Below are positions 1 to 10,100 of a stretch of 64,000 nucleotides of DNA, piece by piece (positions within the stretch are counted from its first letter, which is position 1; the number at the start of each line of letters is the position of its first letter). The stretch is taken from contig OZ024742.1 in NCBI GenBank assembly GCA_964016885.1, positions 189,782,001 through 189,846,000 on the forward strand, written 5' to 3'. The DNA is from Eledone cirrhosa. Taxonomy: Eukaryota. The notes under the pieces are model-generated. The model was not told where the DNA came from. It ran no database searches and saw only the letters and a list, made by a program, of their open reading frames with translations. The translations under genes and the position numbers were made by a program.

Positions 1-16
1 GTCTTTGAGGCATTGA

Positions 17-90
<74 letters not shown>

Positions 91-103
91 ATATATATAT
101 ATA

Positions 104-277
104 TAAGTATAAAGAAAGTGCTCAAGTGCAGAAATTCTATAAGGATAGCTTATAAAATAGGATGAAAACCCTTAAAAGACAGAAATAGAAGTTGTCATCA
201 GCTGCTATGTCACCATCACCCTGTTTTGTAAGCTATCTTTATAGTATTTCTGCGCTTGAACACTTTCTTTATACTTA
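104..277. repeat. Fold-back (inverted repeat) element between (TA)n tracts; same family as 59389-59603
   Basis: Left arm TAAGTATAAAGAAAGTGCTCAAGTGCAGAAAT...GATAGCTTATAAAATAGG is the near reverse complement of the right arm CCTGTTTTGTAAGCTATC...ATTTCTGCGCTTGAACACTTTCTTTATACTTA. Confidence 0.85.
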
Positions 278-670
278 TATATATACATATTTCATTCAGC
301 TGATTGGTTCACTAGTTTTGAATATTTTCTATGGCTCATAAAGCAAGTGTCCTCATACGTTTGCCAATGACTTCATGTTGAAGTATGTTTATCCAAGCCA
401 AATATAGTTATATATTTTTCTTAATTATCAAAGGCTAATGTACTCAGTATCAGATAAGAGTGTCTCTGTTAGATAATAATGTGAGTCTAGACATTATATG
501 AAATTATTTCTAAATGTTAACAGTAGAGGAGACATGAGAATAGGTGAGAGACACACATTATAAGGGACACTACACAGTATTTGAATGAAATATTAAAGAA
601 TATTAATGTAGTGCAAGTTAAGGATGCAAATAATCTGATTGATTGTATATATATATATATATATATATAA

Positions 671-801
671 GCCAGATCAGTTCCTGTATGAGCAAGGCAT
701 GGTCAGCCGACCAGACACTGCCCACAACAGGACAACCCGTCTAACCCATGCTAGCGTGGAAGAACGGACGTAAAACGGTGATGATGATGATGATGATGAT
801 G

Positions 802-803
<2 letters not shown>
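671..803 (+). mobile_element. 3' part of RTE-tailed SINE/non-autonomous element with (GAT)n tail
   Basis: ACCCGTCTAACCCATGCTAGCGTGGAAGAACGGACGTAAAAC followed by (GAT)n; near-identical reverse copy at 45431-45570. Confidence 0.8.
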
Positions 804-849
<46 letters not shown>

Positions 850-1630
850 TTGGCGGCTGAGATAAAGGAATACTCAATACCAAAGTAGAGATTTAATATT
901 CATTTCATTAAGGCTAAACAGTAAGTCTTGTGAGTAAGGAGTTTCGCCTTTTTATCACAGTCATCAGACAAGATCTCTTCTTCGAATTCCAACATATTTT
1001 GCCTAGTTTTTCTTAGTAACCTATTCACTTTACATATATATCTATATGTGTGAGTATTTATGTATATATATTTTTACATATATATATATATATAAATACA
1101 TTATCGGAGGAAGCTTTTAGCGATACTCCGGCCAAATCCCAACTCACTCAACAAACAGGAAATAAGTGAGTATATTCCTAATTAAACGTTCGGGGTGCTA
1201 ACTAATTGTATTGCGTGGAAAATTGGCTGTATTATTTCATATGAGACATATCAAATATATCTCTTCCCAGACGAACGTCTCGTTTCATTATAAGATTCCT
1301 ACAAATTTGGGTGAAATTATACCAATTTATGCAGAAGCTTGTATAAGATCAACAGATACATATTCAAGTGGGCTCTTATAATTCATCAGTGGGTGCCCAC
1401 ATAATACTAATATTCATAATCTAACCAACATCAGTATTTAGCGATAATCACCATAAGGTTGCTACTCCAGCAGTTCTAAAGAAATACTCAAACTGATTCA
1501 AAAATGAGGAAGTATATTACTGCCAAAAAAATAATACATGCGCAGGACAATGAATTCTAAAAGGAATTCAGGCCTATATATATATATGTATGTATATATA
1601 TGTATATGTGTATATATGTATATATATTTT

Positions 1631-1675
<45 letters not shown>

Positions 1676-1807
1676 GTGAGGTTTTTTTTACAAATTGAAA
1701 AATAACCGAGGTGTCCTACACGAGTGAAAGTATAAAGAAAAAGAGATGAAATCGAAAATGCAACTGGAGTCTTATTTTTTTTTAAAATATATATATTTAT
1801 TTGGTTC

Positions 1808-1843
1808 CTTTACCGGTTTCGCAGTTTTTCTGCTTTTCAAAAG
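1808..1843 (-). ncRNA. Minimal type-I hammerhead ribozyme motif (U3-A8 variant), left-arm copy
   Basis: Reverse complement reads CTT-TTGAAAA-GCAG-AAAAA-CTGC-GAAA-CCGG-TA-AAG. Confidence 0.75.
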
Positions 1844-1924
1844 TAGAGTTGAGATGGAGGGTCTGTGGTTTTTCTCACATCTGGTATATGTGAGAAAAAC
1901 CACAGACCTTCCATCTCAACTCTA

Positions 1925-1960
1925 CTTTTGAAAAGCAGAAGAACTGCGAAACCGGTAAAG
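1925..1960 (+). ncRNA. Minimal type-I hammerhead ribozyme motif (U3-A8 variant), right-arm copy
   Basis: CTT-TTGAAAA-GCAG-AAGAA-CTGC-GAAA-CCGG-TA-AAG: stem I CTT/AAG, stem II GCAG/CTGC, palindromic CCGG loop, UA cleavage site. Confidence 0.8.
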
Positions 1961-2024
1961 GAACCAAATAAATATATATATTTTTTAAAAAATAAGACTC
2001 CAGTTGCATTTTCGATTTCATCTC

Positions 2025-2085
<61 letters not shown>

Positions 2086-2144
2086 GTGTGTGTGTATATA
2101 TGTATATATATTTTTTGCATATATATATATATATATATTTTTGC

Positions 2145-2176
<32 letters not shown>

Positions 2177-2182
2177 GTGTGT

Positions 2183-2760
2183 ATATAAATGAATTAATGA
2201 TAGGGATAAACACTGATACAAGTATACATGTGTTTGCATTGCCAATGACCAAGTTAGCTAGATTGAAAAATACTAATTAAAATAATACGGTTTGCCTGTC
2301 TCGATTTAAAATATTAAATCAATAAAAACAAACCTATATTGGCAATAGCCATGATACCTGGACAAATTTTTAATTTTAAATTTTAAATTTGTTTCGCAAC
2401 AATTAAGTGAAATTTCATATTCCTGTGCTCTTCTGCAGGTATCCAGAAATTGGTAAGATTCACTTCAAAATACTTAAGAAGACTGAGTGAAATGTGTTGT
2501 TGAACGCACATGTGTCGCAGTGTCTAGCACGTCCTATACTCGTGTCGCTAAAAATAGTAGTCGGTTTTATGGGACTAAAAATTAGCTCAACGCCTGGAGC
2601 CTTTTTTCAATCTAGCTAACTTGGTCATTTGCAATGTAAACACATGTATACTTGTATCAGTGTTTATCCCAATCATATATTCATTTGTATTACACGGCTC
2701 AGAAATATTCCTTTCTTTGAGCTATTTAATTGTAAACGACTATTTGAGTTTATAACTCTA
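2183..2760. repeat. Fold-back element: ~88-bp arms (2183-2270 / 2603-2690), ~330-bp spacer, right-hand tail
   Basis: GGGATAAACACTGATACAAGTATACATGTGTTT...GACCAAGTTAGCTAGATTGAAAAA recurs in reverse complement; TA-rich tracts on both sides. Confidence 0.85.
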
Positions 2761-2840
2761 TATATAATATGTGTGTATATATATGTATATATATTTTTAC
2801 ATATATATTTATACAAATATATATATATATATATATAGAT

Positions 2841-3260
2841 GGAGGCACGTGGCTTAGTGGTTAGAGCATAGGCCTTGCAATCAAAAAGAACTCTAGAGCA
2901 AATATTTATTAAAATAACAGATTAAAGTTTAAGCAAAGAATCGCTGCTTTCGCCCTTAACAGGATCTTCTGAAGATCCCGTTAAGAGTGAAAGCAGCAAT
3001 TCTTTGCTTAATCTGTTATTCTAATAAATATATATATTGCTCCAGTTTACTCAGCTGTAGAAATGAGATGATAGGGACTGGGGTCCATATCATTCCACTG
3101 CAAAGTGGTCATGGAGGTGCCACGGCACAAAAGCACCCAGCACTCACTGTAAATGAGGTTGGTGTTAGGAAGAGCATCTAGCTGTAGAAATCAAGCCACA
3201 ATCAGTTCCCGTCCCACCCTTGCAAGCAGGGAAAAGCGGACGTAAAATGATGATGATGAT
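2841..3260 (+). mobile_element. tRNA-derived SINE (family A) interrupted by a palindromic element
   Basis: Head GGAGGCACGTGGCTTAGTGGTTAGAGC at 2841; body resumes at ~3036 (ATTGCTCCAGTTTACTCAGCTG); RTE-type tail and (GAT)n; collinear with 3913-4248. Confidence 0.85.
2902..3031. repeat. Spacerless palindrome centred at 2970 with a partial hammerhead-like core; family also at 14834, 17795, 48388, 49206
   Basis: ...GCTGCTTTCGCCCTTAACAGGATCTTC-T-GAAGATCCCGTTAAGAGTGAAAGCAGC... Confidence 0.85.
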
Positions 3261-3432
3261 ATATATATATATGGTATTGGTGCTCTCAAATAGTGATGTA
3301 TACATGAATGTATGTATAGTATATTTGGCAATATACTGTATGTTTAATTAAAAACATTTAGAAGACCATTCGCTATTAGTTTTAAAGAAGTGACTATGTC
3401 ACTTATTTATATTTTCAGCAAAAGCTGGGAGA

Positions 3433-3477
3433 GTGGCTGACAGCTGTTTCTCGCTGCTTGGCGTTTATCAAAACCAC
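3433..3477 (-). ncRNA. Type-I hammerhead ribozyme motif (U3-A8 variant)
   Basis: Reverse complement: GTGGTT-TTGATAA-ACGC-CAAGCA-GCGA-GAAA-CAGCTG-TC-AGCCAC. Confidence 0.8.
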
Positions 3478-3769
3478 GCACTCACCTGCCTTTGCTGAAA
3501 ATTATAGAAGCTGGATTCTTATAGAATTCCAGTAATAATCAGGAGCTGATTACACAGAGCGATTGCTGGTCCAACCAAAATTAGGAACATACGGTATATT
3601 GCCAAATATACTATACATACATTCTTGTATACATCGCTATTTCAGAGCACCAATACTAATTGCTAATTTTTGTTGGACTGGCAATTACTCTGTGTAATCA
3701 GCTCCTGATTATTACTGGAATTCTATAAGAATCCAGCTTCTATAATTTTCAGCAAAGGCAGGTGAGTGC

Positions 3770-3814
3770 GTGGCTTTGATAAACGCCAAACAGCGAGAAA
3801 CAGCTGTCAGCCAC
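3770..3814 (+). ncRNA. Type-I hammerhead ribozyme motif (U3-A8 variant), predicted cleavage after C3808
   Basis: GTGGCT-TTGATAA-ACGC-CAAACA-GCGA-GAAA-CAGCTG-TC-AGCCAC: perfect 6-bp stem I, palindromic CAGCTG, GUC triplet. Confidence 0.85.
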
Positions 3815-3912
3815 TCTCCCAGCTTTTGCCGAAAATATAAGTAAGTGCTTTAAAACTAATAGAAAATGGTCTTCTAAATGTTTTAATTAAACATGCAGTA
3901 TATTGTCAGTAT

Positions 3913-4248
3913 AGGCACATGGCTTAGTGGTTAGAGCCTTGCAATCGAAAGGTTGTGAGTTCAATTCTCAGACCAGGTGATGTGTTGTTTCCTTGAGCAA
4001 GACACTTTATTTCACATTGCTCCAGTTTACTCAGCTGTAGAAATGAGATGATAGGGGTCCCTATCATTCCACTGTAAAGTGGTCGTAGAGGTGCTACGGC
4101 AAAAAAGCACCCAGCACTCACTGTAAATGAGGTTGGAGTTAGGAAGGGCATCCAGCTGTAGAAATCATGCCAGAATCAGTTCCCGTCCCACCCTTGCAAG
4201 CAGGGAAAAGCGGACGTAAAATGAAATGATGATGAAAATGATGATGAT
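3913..4248 (+). mobile_element. Full-length tRNA-derived SINE (family A): A/B-box head, CORE-like body, bipartite RTE-derived 3' part
   Basis: Box A TGGCTTAGTGG; box B GAGTTCAATTC; CORE-like TTGAGCAAGACACTTTATTTCACATTGCTCCAG; AGGAAGGGCATCC motif; tail matching the 3' end of the RTE at 7180-7218; (GAT)n. Confidence 0.9.
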
Positions 4249-4259
4249 TCATTCATATA

Positions 4260-4301
<42 letters not shown>

Positions 4302-4303
<2 letters not shown>

Positions 4304-4496
4304 AAGGACGATTTGTTAAGCATTCATTACATTTATTGATTGGTGATGAGCGTTTCGCTATTGATCAGCTCAACTTTCAAGTATTATTATATTATTATAT
4401 TACACTCTGTTTAACTCTACACCTCGCCACTGACGTGAACCTAAACATCGAGTGCTTACCTGGGTGAACCTACAGTAACTTCATGTTACACACCCT

Positions 4497-4499
<3 letters not shown>
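4302..4499 (+). repeat. Short element between (TAA)n and (TA)n, related to 49395-49515
   Basis: Shares TATTATTATTA(C/T)ACTCTG and GGTGAACCTACAGTAAC plus a terminal hairpin with the 49.4 kb copy. Confidence 0.55.
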
Positions 4500-4581
<82 letters not shown>

Positions 4582-4632
4582 GAGAGACGTAAAATAAGAA
4601 AATTATAAAATTAACTTACTTACTAAAATATC

Positions 4633-4714
4633 ACTTCCAACTAATTAGTTTCTGGAATGGAATAAATATATTTTCCGAAGAAGATACAGAGAAGCATTCC
4701 GTCGTCAGGGAAGT
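4633..4714 (-). ncRNA. Type-I hammerhead ribozyme, canonical core, long loop II, in a solo element (4583-4928) between (TA)n tracts
   Basis: Reverse complement: ACTTCC-CTGACGA-C-GGAATG-[35 nt]-CATTCC-A-GAAA-CTAATTAG-TT-GGAAGT; 6-bp stem I, 6-bp stem II, 8-nt palindrome. Confidence 0.85.
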
Positions 4715-4927
4715 CTATTCTCATCTAAGTATCCAGGCAAAGCGTGGACACTGGAAACTTATTAAAAAATAATTCAGTGGATAGAAAATAGCAAAGCGTG
4801 GACTGAATTCCTAGCCATTGAGAAAATCACTGCCTCTGCGTCAGTGGCAAATTCAAAAAGAATCAATCACGTGACATCGAGGTCAATCAGTGGAAAGTGG
4901 TTTGCTAATAAGACAGCGGCCTGCCTG

Positions 4928-4990
<63 letters not shown>

Positions 4991-4999
4991 TACATATAT

Positions 5000-5039
<40 letters not shown>

Positions 5040-5252
5040 GTTCCTAATTTCTATACCTTTTATTACACTGGAATTAATAATCCTAAGCATATAATTTACC
5101 AAAATCTTGGTGGTTCTCAGCAAATAGGAAATGTGACAGGGATACTTCTGCTTGTCTATTGTACACCAATTGAATTTCTATTTGGTTTTCTTGTTATTCG
5201 GGTAACTTATCTATTCTTTAGTTAGTTTAATCAGTGGGTTGTTATTTTATTG

Positions 5253-5293
5253 TCAAAAGTCTTTCATCACACGTTCTGTGACCTTCTCAATGA
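5253..5293 (-). ncRNA. Hammerhead-like motif (U3-A8 variant) in solo element ~5040-5370
   Basis: Reverse complement: TCA-TTGAGAA-GG-TCACA-GAACG-TGTGA-T-GAAA-GACT-TT-TGA. Confidence 0.6.
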
Positions 5294-5444
5294 TTATACT
5301 TGTTTCTCTGTGTCTTCTCTTCCTTTTCATATCGTTATATTTACTGCCTTGTGTCAGAGTAAGTAAAACATATGTATATATATATATATAGAGAGAGAGA
5401 GATAGATAAATATACATGGGTGTGTATGATTGTGTATAGAAGAT

Positions 5445-5852
5445 TATATTAATAAGAAGAATTCCAACTTTGTCTGATTTACTCGTTTTATTTACAATCC
5501 TTTGAAATTTATAATGGTATTATAATGAAATAGTATGATAGAATATTAAATGTTAAGTGTTAATTGAACAAATACTTTCATGCTTTCGCAATCTTCAGGT
5601 TCATAATGTGTGGTGACAGTCAAGTTTGCAAATTTCAACTGTGAAAATTGAAAGTTGAAAATTGAAAATTGAAAATTGCAAACTTGACTGTCACCACACA
5701 TTATGAACCTGAAGATTGCAAGTACTTGTTCAATTAACACTTAACATTTAATATTCTATCATACTATTTCATTATAATACCATTATAAATTTTAAAGGAT
5801 TGTAAATAAAACGAGTAAATCAGACAAAGTTGGAATTCCTCTTATTAATATA
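5445..5852. mobile_element. Penelope-like fold-back element, ~180-bp arms (5445-5631 / 5676-5852), spacer of GAAAATT repeats
   Basis: Near-perfect arm complementarity; hammerhead motif in arms; long (TA)n on the right. Confidence 0.85.
5566..5602 (-). ncRNA. Minimal type-I hammerhead ribozyme, canonical core
   Basis: Reverse complement: GAAC-CTGAAGA-T-TGC-GAAA-GCA-T-GAAA-GTAT-TT-GTTC. The right-arm copy (5705-5731) has a GTAC loop but a 10-nt deletion. Confidence 0.8.
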
Positions 5853-6190
<338 letters not shown>

Positions 6191-6348
6191 TTGAAACACG
6201 TGTCAATAAATTCCTTTTAACTGAACTGTATCCATTTAAATCCTTCTATTTTCTCCGGATTACTTTTGAAACTACAACTGGAACCGTCGAGCAAACTCTA
6301 CGTGAGCTGTCTATAATATTCATATTACAACACTACGGAAAATACTGT

Positions 6349-6384
<36 letters not shown>

Positions 6385-6386
<2 letters not shown>

Positions 6387-6790
6387 GTTATATGAATAAT
6401 ATATTTAGAAGATTTATGAATTAGTTGAAAGATTCTTTGTGTTTTTAGATATATCAAAAGTACCAAGAGGACATAGTATGGACATACGCAAGCCTAGATT
6501 GTACAGATTAGGTATTAGACGGAATACTCTTAACCACAATGTGACAAATGCTTGGAATAGTCAACCAGATGATGACATGGTAAGTCTGAAAAAATAAATG
6601 GAAAACAAAATTCCTATGCAAAACACCTCACTGCTTTGAGTGTTGACTTAAAAAAACAGCTTGATTATTTTAATGGCTTCCACAAGACAATGTGAACATC
6701 TTAGAAATATGCATGGATAGCTGCAACTTGTTATTTATAAAGACAGTTTAGTTATGCTTAGATGTTGGTTTTTATTTGATAATGATTAAT
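6385..6790 (+). mobile_element. Degenerate CR1/L2-type LINE 3' fragment
   Basis: From 6463 translates PRGHSMDIRKPRLYRLGIRRNTLNHNVTNAWNSQP, then a LKKQLDYF-like stretch; resembles the CR1/L2 ORF2 C-terminal RGH..K...R..F..RV...WNSLP motif. Confidence 0.6.
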
Positions 6791-6812
6791 TTAACAATAA
6801 TTTTAAAACATG

Positions 6813-7148
<336 letters not shown>

Positions 7149-7155
7149 CTTGTCT

Positions 7156-10100
7156 CATCATCATCATCATCATCATCATTTTATGTCCGCTTTTCCCTGC
7201 TTGCAAGGGTGGGACGGGTCTTATTCAGCACAGCATCTCTCCACTCATCACGGTCCTTCGTCATCTCCATCGTGAGCTTCAATGATCTGAGGTCTGTTCT
7301 CACCACCTCCGCCCATGTTTTTCGTGGTCTACCTCTACCACGTCTTCCTTCAACTGGCATTTCCTGGCACTTCTTCACCCATCGGTCATCCTCCATGCGC
7401 ATCACATGTCCATACCACCTCAGTCTCTTCTCCTGTACACTGCATTCTATCCCTCTCAGACACAGTTTCTCTCTCAACACATTTATGCTGGGTCGTTCGT
7501 GCATATTTACACTGCACATCCAACGGAGCATGCTTGCCTCATTTCTCTCCAGCCGTCGTATATCCTCTGCAGTTGCTGCCCATGTCTCACTACCATGCAG
7601 CATCGTGCTCCTCACACAGGCATCATACAACCGGCCTTCCGTACGCAGGGAGAAACCCTTCTTTGTCAACAGAGGAAGCAGCTCCCTAAACTTCTACCAA
7701 CCCGTCCTTATTCTAGATACTATGGCCTCGGAACACCCTCCTCCCATGCTAATCTGATCTCCTAGGTACCGGAAGCTATCCACCACTTCTATAGCGCCCT
7801 CCTGCATCTGAAAAATGTGTCTATCAATGCGACTTCTACTGTCTAATTTCCCTGTACATCTACTGCATACATATTTCTCCCTACCTGTTAGTTTGCCTGC
7901 TATCCCGCTACATCTCTTGTGTACCCAGGGTCTGCATTGTGTGCATTTTATAGAATTTATGCCAGTTCCTTTTCTGCATATCGAACATGGCCATTTCCCT
8001 GGCAGAATCAGGGTTTTGTCCTCTTTTCTACTCATCAACACTTTTGTCTTAGCTAGGTTCACTCTCAGTCCTCTTGCTTCCAACTGCTGTTTCCATAGCC
8101 AGAATTTATTCTCTAGCTCCTCTGCTGATTCTGCTATAAGAACCAGATCGTCAGCATAGAGAAGTTCCCATGGACAGCCAGTCTTAAACTCCTCTGTTAT
8201 GGCTTGGAGGACTATAATGAACAAGAGCGGGCTGAGGACTGAACCTTGATGTACTCCTACTTGTATCTGGAATTCCTCACTAAACTCCATTCCTACCCTG
8301 ACTTTACTGAGAGTACCTCTGTACAAAGTTTGCACTGTCCTCACAAGCCATTCCTCAACACCTAGCTTCCTTAGGGACCACCAGATGACAAATCAGGGTA
8401 CCCTATCAAAGGCCTTCTCTAGTTCAACAAAGGCTAAGTATAGTGGCTTATTTTTCTCTAAGAACCTCTCTTGCAATTGTCTCCCCAAGAAGAGGACGTC
8501 TGTTGTACTCTTCCCAGGCACAAAACCAAACTGCATCTCATCTAGTTTGACCCTTTCTCTAATTAGTTGTGCTAATATCCTTTCTGCCACTTTCATAACC
8601 TGATCCATCAGTTTTATACCCCTATAATTGGTCCTCTCCAGAGCATCCCCTTTACCTTTGTAGCAATTTATGAGAATACTGCTGCACCAGTCTTTGGGTA
8701 TGACACCACCATATATAGCCTGATTGATGATGCGTGCAACCAGTTTAGTGCCTACGTCCCCTGATGCCTTCAGCATCTCAGCAACTATTCCCGATGGTCC
8801 AGCAGCCTTATCTTTTTCATTTCCCTAATCGCCTCTTGGACCTTATATTCGTCAATCTCAATAGCTGGTCCCTCTGTCGGATCTACTAAGGGTAATTTCT
8901 CTCTCTCCCATTCGTTCTCCACATTCATCAGTCTCTCATAATGACATTTCCAGGCCTCCTTTTTCTGATCCTTCGTGACACTAAGTACACCGGCATCATC
9001 CCGGACACATTTATCTCCAACAACATCCTGATTTGTATTGACACACTGCCTTGCAATGTGGAACACCGCACGCCTCTGATCTTCCCGTCGCAGAACATTG
9101 GCAAACCTCCTACTCTCCGCCTCCTTGCATGCTAAGTACACCTGACGTCTAGCTTCTCTCTTAGTGGTTGTATATTCCTCCCTGCTCCCACCCTTTTTCC
9201 AAGCCTTCCATGCTAGTCTCTTGTCTCTACTGGCCTTATCTACTGTGCTGTTCCACCACCAGGTCACTCTCTGTCTGGTTGGAGCTCTGCTCCAGCCACA
9301 AGTTTCATCAGTAGCCTGCAGCAAGTTGTCACGTAAGAAATTCCAGTTATTATCTATGTCATACATCTCTCAATCGACTTCTTTTTCGTCATATACAGCT
9401 TGAAGGGCTTTCCTAAATTTGTATTTTAGTGAAAGGTCTTTTAGCTTCCAGACCTTTCTTCTCCACACCTTCCTGTATGTTTCATTCCATCTCTTGCTTA
9501 CTGAGATATCGCTAACGACTAACCTATGCTGTGGGGGTACATTCTTCCCCAGGGTATGCCTTGGTATTAGACACTATCTGCCTGTCCTGCTGCCTAACTA
9601 ATAAGAAGTCAATCTGGCTTATGTGCTCACCAGATTTGTAGGTTATTAGGTGATTGGCAGGTTTCTGGAAGTTTGTGTTGCAAATAGTCAATGTACCATC
9701 ATCACAAAATTCAAGAAGTCTCACTCCTTCTTCATTTCTTGAGCCGTAACCGTGCCCACCATGTACCCCAGTGTAACCATCCTGGAGCTGTCCAACATGA
9801 CCATTGAAGTCCCCTGCTAGCATAACGATGTCTCCGTCCTGTGTCATTGCAGTTGTTTGTAAAAGTTGCTCATAAAAGCAGTCTTTCTCATTTTTGCCTA
9901 GGCCTGCTTGGGGAGCATAGGCTGAGATGATTGTCAGTAGTCTCCTGCCTACAACTAATCTAAGCTTAATTATTCGATTACTAACTCGAACTACCTCTAT
10001 TGTCTTATTGATCCATTTCTCAGCCAGGAAAATGGCTACTCCCCCTAACCCATCATCCTTACCTACCCAGAATAGCTTATAGCTTATAGCTAAGACGTTT

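Larger units (their letters stand above)
1669..2029. mobile_element. Penelope-like fold-back element: ~143-bp near-perfect arms (1738-1880 / 1888-2029), 7-nt spacer, extra tail on left arm only
   Basis: Arm complementarity is directly visible; hammerhead motif in each arm; (TA)n on both flanks. Confidence 0.8.
3274..3907. mobile_element. Head-to-head pair of circularly permuted ~304-315-nt hammerhead-containing monomers (PLE pLTR/retrozyme-like)
   Basis: Block order A-B-A'-B'. The right unit 3586-3907 has terminal redundancy (AACATACGGTATATTGCC / AACATGCAGTATATTGTC). Each unit has a hammerhead motif. Confidence 0.8.

Noticed and set aside
319-359. Minus-strand ATGAGGA...GAAA-ATAT-TC
   Set aside because: Core position 3 is wrong and stems I and II are weak.
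934-969. Minus-strand CTGATGA...GAAA-CTCC-TT hammerhead-like match
   Set aside because: Stem II pairs poorly and the loop is not palindromic; it cannot be distinguished from chance without a family alignment.
3913-3985. tRNA-like sequence with A and B boxes (also 26767, 27973, 48617)
   Set aside because: These are SINE heads continuing into CORE-like bodies; no complete cloverleaf or acceptor stem.
4340-4380. Minus-strand AAGTTGA-GCT...AGC-GAAA-CGCT motif
   Set aside because: The core is degenerate, there is no UH site, and the orientation conflicts with the tail motif of the same island.
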